Origin: Mobula hypostoma | Lineage: Eukaryota | Length of the DNA stretch: 64,000 nt | Direction of reading: 5' to 3' | Assembly: GCF_963921235.1 (NCBI RefSeq) | Contig: NC_086097.1 | Location: 25,484,001 to 25,548,000 of the forward strand | Shown: positions 12,432-23,631 of the stretch, piece after piece | Layout: every line of letters begins with the position of its first letter | Numbering within the stretch: the first letter of the stretch is position 1 | Program-made: the position numbers and the translations under genes | The notes under the pieces: model-generated | What the model was told of the DNA's origin: nothing | Databases searched by the model: none | What the model saw: the letters and a program-made list of their open reading frames with translations, nothing else

Positions 12432-13783
12432 AAGTCAAGCTCAAAATGCTTTTATTATCAAAGTAAGTACACTTTATGCAACCTTGAAATTCATCTTCTC
12501 ACAGGCAGCTACAGAACAAAGAAACCCAACAGAACCCATAAAAACAAAAAAAGACCATCAAACAGTGCAGAGAAAAAGAAGAAAACAAAACTGTGCAAAC
12601 AATAAAAGTAAGCAAATAGCATTCAGGACGGGAGTTAACAGAAGTGAGTTCACACGGTAATAGCTACAGGCCTTATCCACAGTTCGGTGCAGAGATGAGT
12701 AAACCTCGCAGAGTAACGAGTTGAAGTTCGGCACGGAGATGAGTAAAGCTCACGGAGTAATGAGTTGAAGTTCAGCGCGGAGATGAGTAAAGCTCACGGA
12801 GTAACGAGTTGAAGTTCAGCGCGGAGATGAGTAAAGCTCACGGAGTAACGAGTTGAAGTTCAGCGCGGAGATGAGTAAAGCTCACGGAGTAACGAGTTGA
12901 AGTTCAGCGCGGAGATGAGTAAAGCTCACGGAGTAACGAGTTGAAGTTCAGCGCGGAGATGAGTAAAGCTCACGGAGTAACGAGTTGAAGTTCAGCGCGG
13001 AGATGAGTAAAGCTCACGGAGTAACGAGTTGAAGTTCAGCGCGGAGATGAGTAAAGCTCACGGAGTAACGAGTTGAAGTTCAGCGCGGAGATGAGTAAAG
13101 CTCACGGAGTAACGAGTTGAAGTTCAGCGCAGAGATGAGTAAAGCTCACGGAGTAACGAGTTGAAGTTCAGCGCGGAGATGAGTAAAGCTCATGGAGCAG
13201 CTATTTGAACTGGCACGTGCCTCACCTCCGACCCCCACACCCTGTCCTTTGCCATCTGGCCCAGCGCTTAAGTCATCCAGCCCTTGCTCTCAGACCCAGA
13301 TCCTGCTGTGTCGATACGCTCTCGGACCAGTGCCCCACCATCCCAATTCAGCCCGTACCCAACTTTCCAATTCCACTAGGCTCTTAAATCGATCAAACCT
13401 CGGGTCTTTCCTGGCTCTCAGGCCTGGATTCAGGCCCCGCCTCCTCAACTCTGCATTGCCTCACCTTGGGTCTGCTGAATCCAATTGTCTCCATGAATGA
13501 CCAAACATTGGCCCATCCCCACTCTCCAGCCCAGATCCCACCACCTTGATTCAGCCCGTGAACACCACCCTGCAGCCATCCTACCTTTCAGTCTTTAGTT
13601 CCCACTGCAAAAACGCCAGCAGCCAGTTCAAAACCCAACACCGACCAGGAAGTTACAGTCTATTGTTTGCAGTGATCATTTACCAGAAAAAGTGCAATTA
13701 AAGAAGTATTTAGTTGTTTTCTTTGTTTTATTTGCCACCAACAAGCAGACACTGAGTTTCACCGGCACCACCTTAAACCGGAA
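12432..13783 (-). mobile_element. Non-autonomous element with Rex-type 3' tail, containing a minisatellite
   Basis: 5' end CTTCCGGTTTAAGGTGGTGCCGGTGAAACTCAGTGTCTGC matches 44755 onward; the 3' end matches Rex tails; no coding motifs. Confidence 0.7.
12681..13197. repeat. 44-bp minisatellite, ~11.7 copies
   Basis: Unit GAGTTGAAGTTCAGCGCGGAGATGAGTAAAGCTCACGGAGTAAC; central units identical; no spacers. Confidence 0.98.
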
Positions 13784-13869
13784 GGTGCTGTATGCAAGTG
13801 GGACATGATGGTGCTGGACATCAACATTGAGTCCCAGGAGGAACTTGCAGCTGACTGCACTAGATGGAA

Positions 13870-14275
13870 CTACCATAGGTTGTGGGAACATTTTAAAGGT
13901 AAGACAAGTGAATTTCAGTGAACTTAATACTAAAAGTCTCTTGAACCAAAAAGGATAACTTCACTCAACGTCACTTGTCCCATTATTGAAATGTTCCCAC
14001 AACCTATGGACTCACTTTCAAGAAAGCTTCATCTTATATTCTCAATATTTATTGCTTATTTAATTTATTATTATTATTTCTTTCTTTTTATATTTGCACA
14101 GTTTGTTGTCTTTTGGACAAGAGTTGAACATTCAAGTAGGTGCTATCTTTCATAATTGTCTCTGTTATGGTTACTATTCTAATATGGATTTGAGTATGCC
14201 CACAAGAAAATGAAATCTCGGAATTGAATATGGCGAAATCTATGTACTTTGATAATAAATTTACTTTGAACCCTG
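13870..14275 (+). mobile_element. Rex1/Babar 3' tail with a short 5' inverted segment
   Basis: CATAGGTTGTGGGAACATTT (~13875) is the reverse complement of AAATGTTCCCACAACCTATG (~13990); ends TACTTTGATAATAAATTTACTTTGAAC. Confidence 0.7.
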
Positions 14276-14719
14276 AAACATCTTAAGTCAGGCAAGGAAA
14301 AATTCCTGAAAGCGGCAGAAGACCAACAGAAGACAAGAAAGGAACGCTGCATCTCCAGCAGAGCTGAGAGCACCTATAGATGCAACCTTTGCAACAGGGA
14401 CTGCCACTCTCGCATTGGTCAAAGACAGCACTGCACCAACAACGTAGATAGCAAGAACACAACATCCACGATCAGGGCTGAAGTGAGGAACGGCCAATGT
14501 TCAGCTCGCTGCTCTGTGTGGTTTGCTCGTTTCTGCACTGGACAGTGACCGTGGCCTCAGACTAATGGACTCCTGGATCGGCTGCAGCAATGACCGGCTT
14601 CAGGGCTGTTTACACATTTTTGTGAACTTCAATTCTAAATTTACTTATTTTTATTGTTTGCACAATTTGTTATTTTTTCTGCACATTGGGTGTTTGACAA
14701 TCTTCTTTATTTTTCATTT

Positions 14720-14982
14720 TATTTATTGAGATACAGCGCAGAATGGGGCCTTTTGGCCCTTGAGCCATGCCGCCGAGCAATCTCCCGATTCAATCCTAGC
14801 CTAATCAAGAGACAATTTACAGTGACCAATTAACCTACCAACTGTTACATCTTTGGACTGTGGGAGAAAACCAGAGCACCACAGTCACGGGCAGAATATA
14901 CAAACTCCTTACAGGCAGCAGTGGGAATTGAACCCTGGCCAACTATGCTCTAAAGCATTGTGCTAATTACTACAACCACTGT
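14720..14982 (-). mobile_element. V-SINE (HE1-like) with CR1-type tail
   Basis: Minus strand: tRNA-like head with GGTTCAATTCC, V-domain GGTTTTCTCCCACAGTCCAAAGA, tail AAGGGCCAAAAGGCC..CTGTATCTC. Confidence 0.8.
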
Positions 14983-16374
14983 TTCTCGGTAACCTATGTA
15001 ATTACTGTCTGGCAAAGCTGTTATGTTTGAGCTACTTCTTGAAAAACGTAGAGAAGTGGTACTTTCCATGTGCTTTTGGAACTTTGAAAGATTGGTGATT
15101 TCTTTCTCTTCAGAAGTTATTGGAAATAAAATTATTAAATTGATTGAATGAGGAAAATCCTTAGGTGGAACCAGATTTATGGAGATAAATAAATTATATA
15201 ATTACCATATTCAAAAGTTGCTAACACTAAAAATGAACAGAAAAGCTTTAGAAAAATATATCTTCGACTGCTGTAGCTTTCTGTATATTGACTCATGTCA
15301 GCACTTTGCAAAACACATTGTAGTGCTGATTAGACTACCATCACCATGGTAACCTCAATTTTTCCACTGAGAACTCTAGTAGAATAAAGCCATAGTGCTC
15401 ATAGAGCTATATATATATATTTGTAAATAATTTTAATCTCATGATAAATGCTTAAACAACATTGTGAATATTTTGTTCATATCTGTAAAAGGACAAATAA
15501 ATTTCAATTACATTCAGCTACTATACGGCAGTTTAGTGTGCTACCAGAAAACGAGGCTCATTTAATACAATTCATTGCTTTCAAAGCTTAGGGGACCATA
15601 AGCAAAAAGTAAAATGGCCAGCTAAATTTTAACTTGGCACAAGAATGGTAAACAGAACTCTGTAGCTAATTAATTTTGCATATCCTAATAGCCTTGCTTG
15701 CAAAATGATTCAATGACTTAAGTGGGAGCAATTTTACAGCAAGCTATCAAAATGCCACCTGCACCACAATCAAGAAAGCAGGACAAAGCACAATGGCAAA
15801 AGAAGCATTTCCTAAGACCATAAATTTATTCACCTGCCTAGAAGACTAAGAAGATAAACACTATGCTGCTGCATTTGAGATACAGAAGAGTAAGGGTATT
15901 TTAACGTGACAACTTTCATGAAAAATCCCATTCGTCTTCTCAACCACATTACCTGTGACAAATGTATTGAAAAATAAGAAACAGCAAGTTGTCGACAACA
16001 AAAAATAGTTATGAATTCAAATACCAACATTTATTGTACAATATAAGAAAATGGCAGTGATGGAAATAGTCAATAATGGAGACAAAGTGTTCTTTTTAAG
16101 TGATCAACTATTTCACATTTTTAAAGTGACATCCCTTTTTCATCATATTAAATCTATGCTTAAAATACAGTTTTAAACTAACGTAGGCATGAATTGATTA
16201 ACATTGTCAGCGCAATTAACACAATTCTTTGGCTCATTCTGACCAGATGGAGTTGGGATTTACTACTTCAAGGATTTACTGACAAAAGAACTGCGTTATA
16301 TAGAGATACATTACATCCATAACACTCAAGTACATGTACCACAGCAATACTGTAATAATTTAAATTACATATCT

Positions 16375-16634
16375 GGCTGGTGGCGTAGTGGCATCAGTGC
16401 CAGACTTTGGGACAAAAGGTCCCGAGTTCGAATCCAGCCAGCCGGCTTCCCTGCACGCTTTCCATCCGTGCTGGGTTACGAGCTGGTGATCTCTTTGGAA
16501 ACTCACCCAGCAAAAGGCAATGGCAAACTACTGCTGTAACTTGCCTCATATGCGGTTCCCCGCTCAGAGAGGCGTGGAGGGAAATCGTCCGCTAACCGGA
16601 GAAACTCCGGATGCGACGTACCTTTCCTTTCCTT
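16375..16634 (+). mobile_element. tRNA-derived SINE with RTE-derived body and (CCTTT)n tail
   Basis: A box TGGCGTAGTGG, B box GTTCGAATCC; 16484-16536 resembles the RTE 5'UTR at 31312-31361. Confidence 0.85.
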
Positions 16635-17401
16635 ATTTTAAAACTCAAACCTAGAGTTATTCTGTGCATAATTTTAAATGGAGATTGTTTTAAACGTTTG
16701 AACAACTTAGTTCGCTGTCACTCAACTACCTGGGAAACTCATAATAAAATAAATGTTAAGTACTGTTTGCCAAAATTGTGTATTTACTAATTATATGGAT
16801 AAAGAAGGTACAGCAGCACATCCAATTTCTTAGAATTTTGTGTAGATTTGGCATGTTAGCTAAAACTTCTATAGATGCACAGTCGGAGTATCCTACTCAT
16901 CATGGCCTGGTACGGAAACACCAGTGCCCAAGAACAGAAAAGTATATTGATTGGTGGATACAGCCCAGTCCATCACAGGCAAAGGCCACCCCACCATTGA
17001 GCACATCTATAAAAGCTTTGCCACAAGAAAGCAGCACCCATCATCCAGGCCAAGCTCTCTTTTTGTTGAGTCATCAGGAAGGAGGTGCAGGAGTCTTAAG
17101 TCCCACACCACCAAGTTCAGGAACAGTTATTACCCAAGAATCATCAGGCTCTTGAACCAGCATAAATGACTTCACTCACCTCAACTCTAAACTGATCACT
17201 GAATACAACCTATGGATTCACTTTCATAGACTCTACAGCTCATGTTCTCAGTATTATTTATTCACTTATTTATTTTTTTCTATGAGCATCATTTGTCTTC
17301 TTTTGCACATTGGTTGCTTGTTGGTTTTTGTGTGTAGTTTCCATTGATTCTATTGTATTTCTTTGTTCTAATGTGAATGCCCACAAGAAAATGAATCTCA
17401 G

Positions 17402-17402
<1 letters not shown>

Positions 17403-17454
<52 letters not shown>
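17403..17454. repeat. (GATA)13 microsatellite, the tail of the deleted Rex element
   Basis: Read directly. Confidence 0.97.
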
Positions 17455-18405
17455 TACTTTATTGATCCCGTGGGAAACTGGGTTTCGTTACAGCCGCACC
17501 AACCAAGAAAAGAGCATAAATATGGCAATACAAAAACCACAATCAAACAACAAAATACAAACTATGCCAGATGGAAAATAAGTCCAGGACCAGTCTATTG
17601 GCTCAGGGTGTCTGACCCTCCACGGGAGGAGCTGCAAAGTTCGATGGACACAGGCAGGAACAACCTCCCATGACGCCCAGTGTTGTATCTCGGTGGAATA
17701 TGGCCGAAGTCCAACAGTAAAAAGTTCAATATCCGGTCTACAAACACGTTCCTCGATCGTAATATGACCGGGATTGCACCATCTGTTGTTAACCAGAACA
17801 GTAAGCACCCAACTCCTTTACGCTTACCGTCTCAGTGCACTTCCGGTCAGCCCGAACGGTCTGGAAGCCGTCCATGGAAAAGTTTTGATCAGATATGTCC
17901 TCGTGCAGCCCCGTTCCAGTGAAACACATAACACTGCACTCCCGAAATATTCTCTGATGCCTGGCTAGCACCGTGAACTCATCCATTTTATTACCCACCG
18001 TACTTCTCTTCTCCATAAGTCTCTGTTGTCTCGACCCAGTCCTCATTCCTCGCCTTTGTGATCCCCCTCTGCATCCTCTGTATGCTTTCCTCCAGATTTC
18101 AGCAGGGGTGTCCGCCGCTCTGCTCGCTAAACCGTCCGGCATAAGCTCAATCAGCTGGTCCCTGGAATACACAATGCGACCATGCTTCTGTCCCGCTAAT
18201 GAGACGTGTCGGAATGTAACTATTTCCAGGGCTAAAAACCCAAATAAAATTCTCTCTACCAGCATGTTAAAGAGGGTGCAGCTTCAACGTGTTACCGTGA
18301 AAAAAAAATATAAAAAATAACCTAAGTTAAAAGTAAGAAGAAAAAAGTAAGAATAGTGGTCGGAACAGCTGTAACAGGCTGCATGCACCACCGGCGCATG
18401 CACAC
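17403..18405 (-). mobile_element. Internally deleted (5'+3' bipartite) Rex1/Babar derivative with (TATC)n tail
   Basis: EN N-terminus (NKMDE..CFTGT..VLVNNRWC..GLRPY) is fused at ~17700 directly to the last ~35 codons and 3'UTR of the young Rex family. Confidence 0.85.
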
Positions 18406-18842
18406 TGTAGTATATGGGTAGTAATGTACTTTGATAATAAATTTGATTTCAACTTTAACTACCTGGGAAACATACTAAAATGTCAAATGTTAAGTACTCT
18501 TTGCTATTGTGCATTTACTATTTACAAGTTCTAATGTTATGATTTCTTGTGAACTTAAATTCTTTCTGGCCTTATTAAGATTGCAAACTCAGCACTGGGA
18601 ATGGATTGGTTCCAGTCTAACAAAAAATCACCAGATAAAAGGTGCCTCTGCCCAACAACACATACTTTAATCCCAGACTCACAGAAGTATCATTATGACA
18701 TTCTATTTCACAAAACAGTAATCTTGGAGGTTCAATTAGCATTATTAAATACAATCCCTTTGAGAAAATTGTAGGTATTTCATTAATAGATTTGTGGAAA
18801 CCAGAAATTCAGTTCCAACCTCCCAGAATCCCATTTAGGTCT

Positions 18843-19051
18843 TGTTGTAATGTGAGCATTATTAAAAGTAAGTTAATACTAATTAGGATAATGGGGGGGT
18901 TTTACTTCCAGTGTGCTTTGTATATGGTGTCCCTGCCACGCCGTATGGGTTGTGAAAGCCTCTGTATATACATAACGGTTTTGAAGTTCGAGATAAAGTT
19001 GTTTCTTTTGAAGTTGTCAAGTGTGCCTTTTTCAAAGTAGAAGTTACTACA
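18843..19051 (+). repeat. 5' LTR
   Basis: TGTTGTAATG...GTTACTACA, a direct repeat of 23037-23268. Confidence 0.97.
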
Positions 19052-19125
19052 TAATTTTGGCGATGAGGTGAACTGGTTTTGTGAACGTATCGGCACGTTT
19101 TTCAAACGGGAGCTTCGCGTTTCGG

Positions 19126-20350
19126 ATGGCTACGTTTGGAACTACCGGTGAATTTCTGGAAAGGAACGAGGACTGGCCGGAGTATGAGGAAAGGTTGGGA
19201 CACTTTTTCTGTGCTAATGGAATTACGGAGGAGGCTAAGAAGTGCTCTATTCTCCTGAGTGTGTGTGGGGCAAAGACTTACAAGCTAATAAGGAATTTAG
19301 CCACACCGCAGAAACCGGGGGACATTCCATATAACGAACTGGTCAAGCTCGTGGGGAACCACTACAATCCGAAACCTTCTGTGATAGTCCAACGGTGTAA
19401 GTTTCACAGCCATTTCAGGAAGCCAGGTCAGTCTGTGGCCAATTTCGTGGCCGAGCTTAGTAGCTGTTGGAGCATTGTGATTTCGGAGTGGTGTTGGAAG
19501 ACTGGTATGAAAGATTGGTATGCGGCATTAATAATGGCGGCATACAATGCCGCCTATTAGGGGAAACCCCACCACTGACTTTCAAGAAAGCCTTAGAGAT
19601 TGCCCAAGGCATGGACATGGCTGCTAATAATATCAAGGATATCCAGAAAGGACATGGGGGGTCGCAGTCAGCAGCAGTGCACCAAGTCAGGAGGGAGACT
19701 GATAAACAGGCAAAGCAGGTGGAATGTTTCCGGTGTGGAGGGACGCACTATGCAAATGATTGCAAATTCAAAGACACTGTCTGCCATGCTTGTAGCAAAA
19801 AGGGACATTTAGCTAAAAAGTGCAGAAGTTCAAAGGTTAAGCCTGGGCAGGGGAATGCTCAACAGGCTCAGGCAGCCACACACCATCTAGAAGAAGCAGA
19901 TGAAGAGGCAGCATGTGCCTACAACATGTTTGCAGTGGAAACAGATGAGGAACCACCTGAACCATATTATGCTACAGTCACTGTCAGGGGAAAGGACGTT
20001 AAGTTTGAGATTGATTCGGGGCTACTGCATCGGTCATTAGTGAGGAGATCTACAGGAGGACATGGGGGCCCAACCTGCCTCCCATTAAACCGTCAAAGCT
20101 CAAACTTGGGACCTATACGGGGCAGCCCATACCTCATTTAGGGGTGTTATACGTGGACATTTCAGCCAGGGGTCAGAAGGCTGAAGCCAGGCTAGTGATA
20201 GCTAAGGGCAGGGGACCCAGTCTTTAGGGTCGCAATTGGATTCACAAAATCCGGCTCAATTGGATTGAAATTAAGCATGCACACACGACCGAGGACATTC
20301 TGCAGTGGTACAGTGACGTTTTCAGGGACGAGCTAGGAACGCTGAAGGGC
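19126..20350 (+). pseudogene. gag: Gypsy gag (two CCHC knuckles) and aspartic protease, frameshifted
   Basis: MATFG..EF...W.EYEERL; CFRCGGTHYANDC and CHACSKKGHLAKKC; protease FEIDSG. Confidence 0.9.
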
Positions 20351-22848
20351 GTGACAGTGAACCTCCATGTCGACCCTGAGACTACACCACGTTTTTTTAA
20401 GCCCAGGTCGATGCCCTATGCCATGAAAGGCAAAGTCGAGGAGGAGCTGGAACGTTTACAGAGGCTGGGCATTATTGAGCCCGTCCGGTTTTCAAGGTGG
20501 GCGGTTCCTATTGTTCCAGTTTTGAAGGCAGACAAAACGGTGAGGATATGTGGGGATTATAAGCTTACGGTGAATCAGGTCTCTAGGCTGGAGGAGTACC
20601 CATTGCCACGGGTGGATGACCTGCTTGCGACCCTGTCAGGGTGTAAGCTGTTCACAAAGCTGGACATGAGCCACACCTACCAACAGCTGCTGCTCGATGA
20701 GGGTTCAAAGGAGTACATCACAATCAATACCCACAAGGAATTATTCAAATACAATCGTCTAGTGTTTGGAGTGGCATCCAGCCCTGCCATTTTCCAAGGG
20801 ACAATGGACACTTTGCTGCAGGTGATTCCACACGTAGCAGTGTACCTTGATGATATTTTGATCACTGGGACTACGGAGGTGGAGCATCTGGCTAATTTAG
20901 AACGGGTGCTGAAGAGGCTCTCAGACGCAGGGCTGCGGTTGAAACGTGGAAGATGCATGTTCCTGACATCGAGTGTGACTTACCTGGGACACAAGATCAC
21001 AGCTGAGGGGCTTTGCCCTGTGGAGGACAAAGTGAGAGCTATTAAGGAAGCCCCAAGCCCTAAGCCTGTCACAGAACTCCGATCATTTTTGGGCATGGTG
21101 AATTATTATGGCAAGCTTCTTCCTGACCTCTCAAGGGTTTTGACCCCATTGTATAAGCTGCTTCACAATGACACTAAGTGGCAATGGGGTGAAGAGCAGG
21201 AGAAAGCTTTCAAGGAAGTGAAAGAACTCCTCCACTCAGCGAAGCTATTTGTTCACTATGACCCAGAAAAGGAGATTACCATTGCATGTGATGCCTTGCC
21301 CTATGGAGTCCGGGCTGTTCTCTCACATGTAATGGAGGACCGTTCAGAGAAGCCTATTGGTTTTGCTTCACGTACCCTGACAGCTGCTGAGAAGGGATAT
21401 TCACAGCTAGACAAAGAAGGTCTGGCCATTGTTTTTGTGGTCAAATGCTTTCATCAGTACCTTTATGGATGCATATTTATAATTTATACGGACCATAAAC
21501 CACTGATGAGCCTGTTTAGTGAGACTAGATGCATCCCACCGCTAGCCTCAGCCAGGATACAGCGTGGGGCTCTTACATTGTCAGCCTACTGGTACACTAT
21601 AGTGTACAGAGCGGGTGGGAATAATGCAAATGCCGATGCACTGAGTCGACTACCTTTACCTGAGACACCTGTTACTACATATGTGCCTCCACAGACTGTG
21701 TTTTCATTGGAGAGGCTGTCAGAGACACCTGTGAAGGCGACCTAGATCAGGCAGTGAACAGAGAGGGACCCAGTCCTGTCCCAAATCAAGACTTTTCTTT
21801 TACAAGGCTGGCCCAGAGTCGTAGAAGGAGAGGAACTGAGGCCTTATGCCAAACGCAAAACAGAACTCAGTCTGCAGGATGGCTGCATTTTCTGGGGGAC
21901 AAGGGTCATTGTGCCTCCCCCTGGCCGTTCACAGATTGTGGAGGAAATTCATGAGACTCACCCAGGATTGTCTCGAATGAAAAGCCTTGCAAGATCCTAC
22001 GTTTGGTGGCCGAGAATGGATCAGGATCTGAAGAACAAGGTAAAATCATGCACGCAATGTCAGACTAATCAGAATATGCCACCAGCAGCTCCTTTGCACC
22101 CATGGGAGTGGCCAGACCACCTCTGGTCTAGGCTACATTTGGACTTTGCTGGCCCTTTTATGGGGCAGATGTTTCTTGTAATGGTAGATAAGCATTCTAA
22201 ATAGATCGAAGTTCACATCATGAGCAACATCAAGCCCCTTCAACCACAGACAAACTCAGGCAAGTGTTTGCAGTCCACGGGTTGCCTGACACTCTGGTCA
22301 TTGATAATGGCCCGACGTTCATCAGTGAACTGTTCAGTGAGTTCATGCAGCAGAATAGTATTCATCACATTCAGACGGCCCCTTTCCACCCAGCCTCCAA
22401 TGGTTTGGCTGAGCGGGCTGTTCAGACAGTGAAGGAAGGCCTGAAGCGGATGACAGGGGATTCTCTTAGCATTCGATTTTCACGTTTCCTGTTTAAATAC
22501 CGCCTCACGCCACAGACTACGACTGCCCGCACTCCAGCAGAGACGCTGATGGGGCGTAGGCCCAAGTCAAGATTGGACCTGCTGCACCCGGACATGAAGG
22601 CAAAAGTGAGACAGACTACTGCGGAAGTATGTCCACCAGTGACTTTGCCAGAGGGCAAGACGCTGGCAGAGGGGTCGGGGTCTCCTGAGGAGGATAGACA
22701 TTCTCACACAGACACACACACAGACCTCTCTCATGCCCCCAAAACTAGATCCACCCAAAACACCCTCACCAGCGTGCCAGCTGGGTCACTGGGGGTAGTG
22801 CGCAGATCACAGCGCACTCGTAAACCTCCAGACAGACTGAATCTTTGA
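20351..22848 (+). pseudogene. pol: Gypsy pol: RT, RNase H and integrase, with stops and frameshifts
   Basis: RICGDYK, YLDD, CDA..YG, YTDHKPL, ADALSR, HETHPG..C..C, LHLDFAGP, DNG, SNGLAER. Confidence 0.95.
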
Positions 22849-23036
22849 CGGGATAGTTTTTTTTTGTTGTTGTTAGATTTAATGTTGAATCTGTCACATT
22901 TTCCAGATGCTTTGTACTAATAAACTGCTGCTGAGATACTAGTATAAGTTTTCAGGGGTACGCAAGTTAATAACACCACTGTTTTTATCTCCTAGTTTTT
23001 TACATTTGGGGATGTTGGATTTTAAATTGAGGGAAG

Positions 23037-23268
23037 TGTTGTAATGTGAGCATTATTAAAAGTAAGTTATTACTCATTAGGATAATGGGGGAGGGGGTTT
23101 ACTTCCATTCTTTTTACTTCCGGTGTGCTTTGTATATAGTGTCCCTGCCATGCTGTACGGGTTGTAAAAAGCCTCTGTATATACATAACGGTTTTGAAGT
23201 TTGAAATAAAGTTGTTTCTTTGGCATGAAGTTGTCGAGTGTGCCTTTTTCAAAGTAGAAGTTACTACA
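23037..23268 (+). repeat. 3' LTR
   Basis: Direct repeat of the 5' LTR with two small indels. Confidence 0.97.
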
Positions 23269-23631
23269 GGTCTTAAGTTAACAGATAAAACCCTGTACTC
23301 AGCCATGTTAGATTCAATCAGCAGCACATGAAGCCATCATTCATTAAACCCTCAAACTAGAATTGGTCCTCCAAATACAACTTTTGAGTCAAGACCCTGC
23401 ACACCTATTCAAATGACAGAAACAATTCTGTGCTGCTATTGCAAGAGCAAGTTTCTGTAGAAAACATTAGGTGATTTTCAAATACACAATGAGATATTAC
23501 ATAAGTGCCCCATTTTCTGCTTCCATTCTCTTCTACTTCCATTATATAGTTTCTTCGCCACCGAAATCCTTGCTGCCCACAACGGGCAAGTGGGACAACT
23601 TTTATTGAGTCCACTTGCCTATCAGTTTGAT

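Larger units (their letters stand above)
12055..14470 (+). mobile_element. RTE LINE 3' portion in three pieces (~12055-12430, 13785-13870, 14280-14470)
   Basis: WTTYAKQEK..RVPN..ALSRASLPS..HWLGHI; CKWDM..LDINIES.EELAAD; C-terminal CNLCNRDCHSRIG. Confidence 0.75.
16790..18456 (+). mobile_element. Rex1/Babar 3' fragment (tail split at ~17402/18406 by a nested element)
   Basis: SGRRCRSLKSHTTKFRNSYYP; tail ...AATGAATCTCA resumes as ...GTACTTTGATAATAAATTT after 18406. Confidence 0.8.
18843..23268 (+). mobile_element. Full-length Ty3/Gypsy LTR retrotransposon (Mag-like), inactivated
   Basis: TG...CA LTRs; TSD GGTCT at 18838-18842 and 23269-23273; PBS-like TGGCGATGAGG (19058-19068); PPT GAGGGAAG (23029-23036); gag-PR-RT-RH-IN order. 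Confidence 0.97.

Noticed and set aside
12681..13197. CRISPR-like array
   Set aside because: The units are contiguous 44-mers with no unique spacers, there are no cas genes, and the context is eukaryotic.
16375..16440. tRNA gene
   Set aside because: A and B boxes are present, but the sequence runs on into a SINE body and tail, and a related head occurs at 7695.
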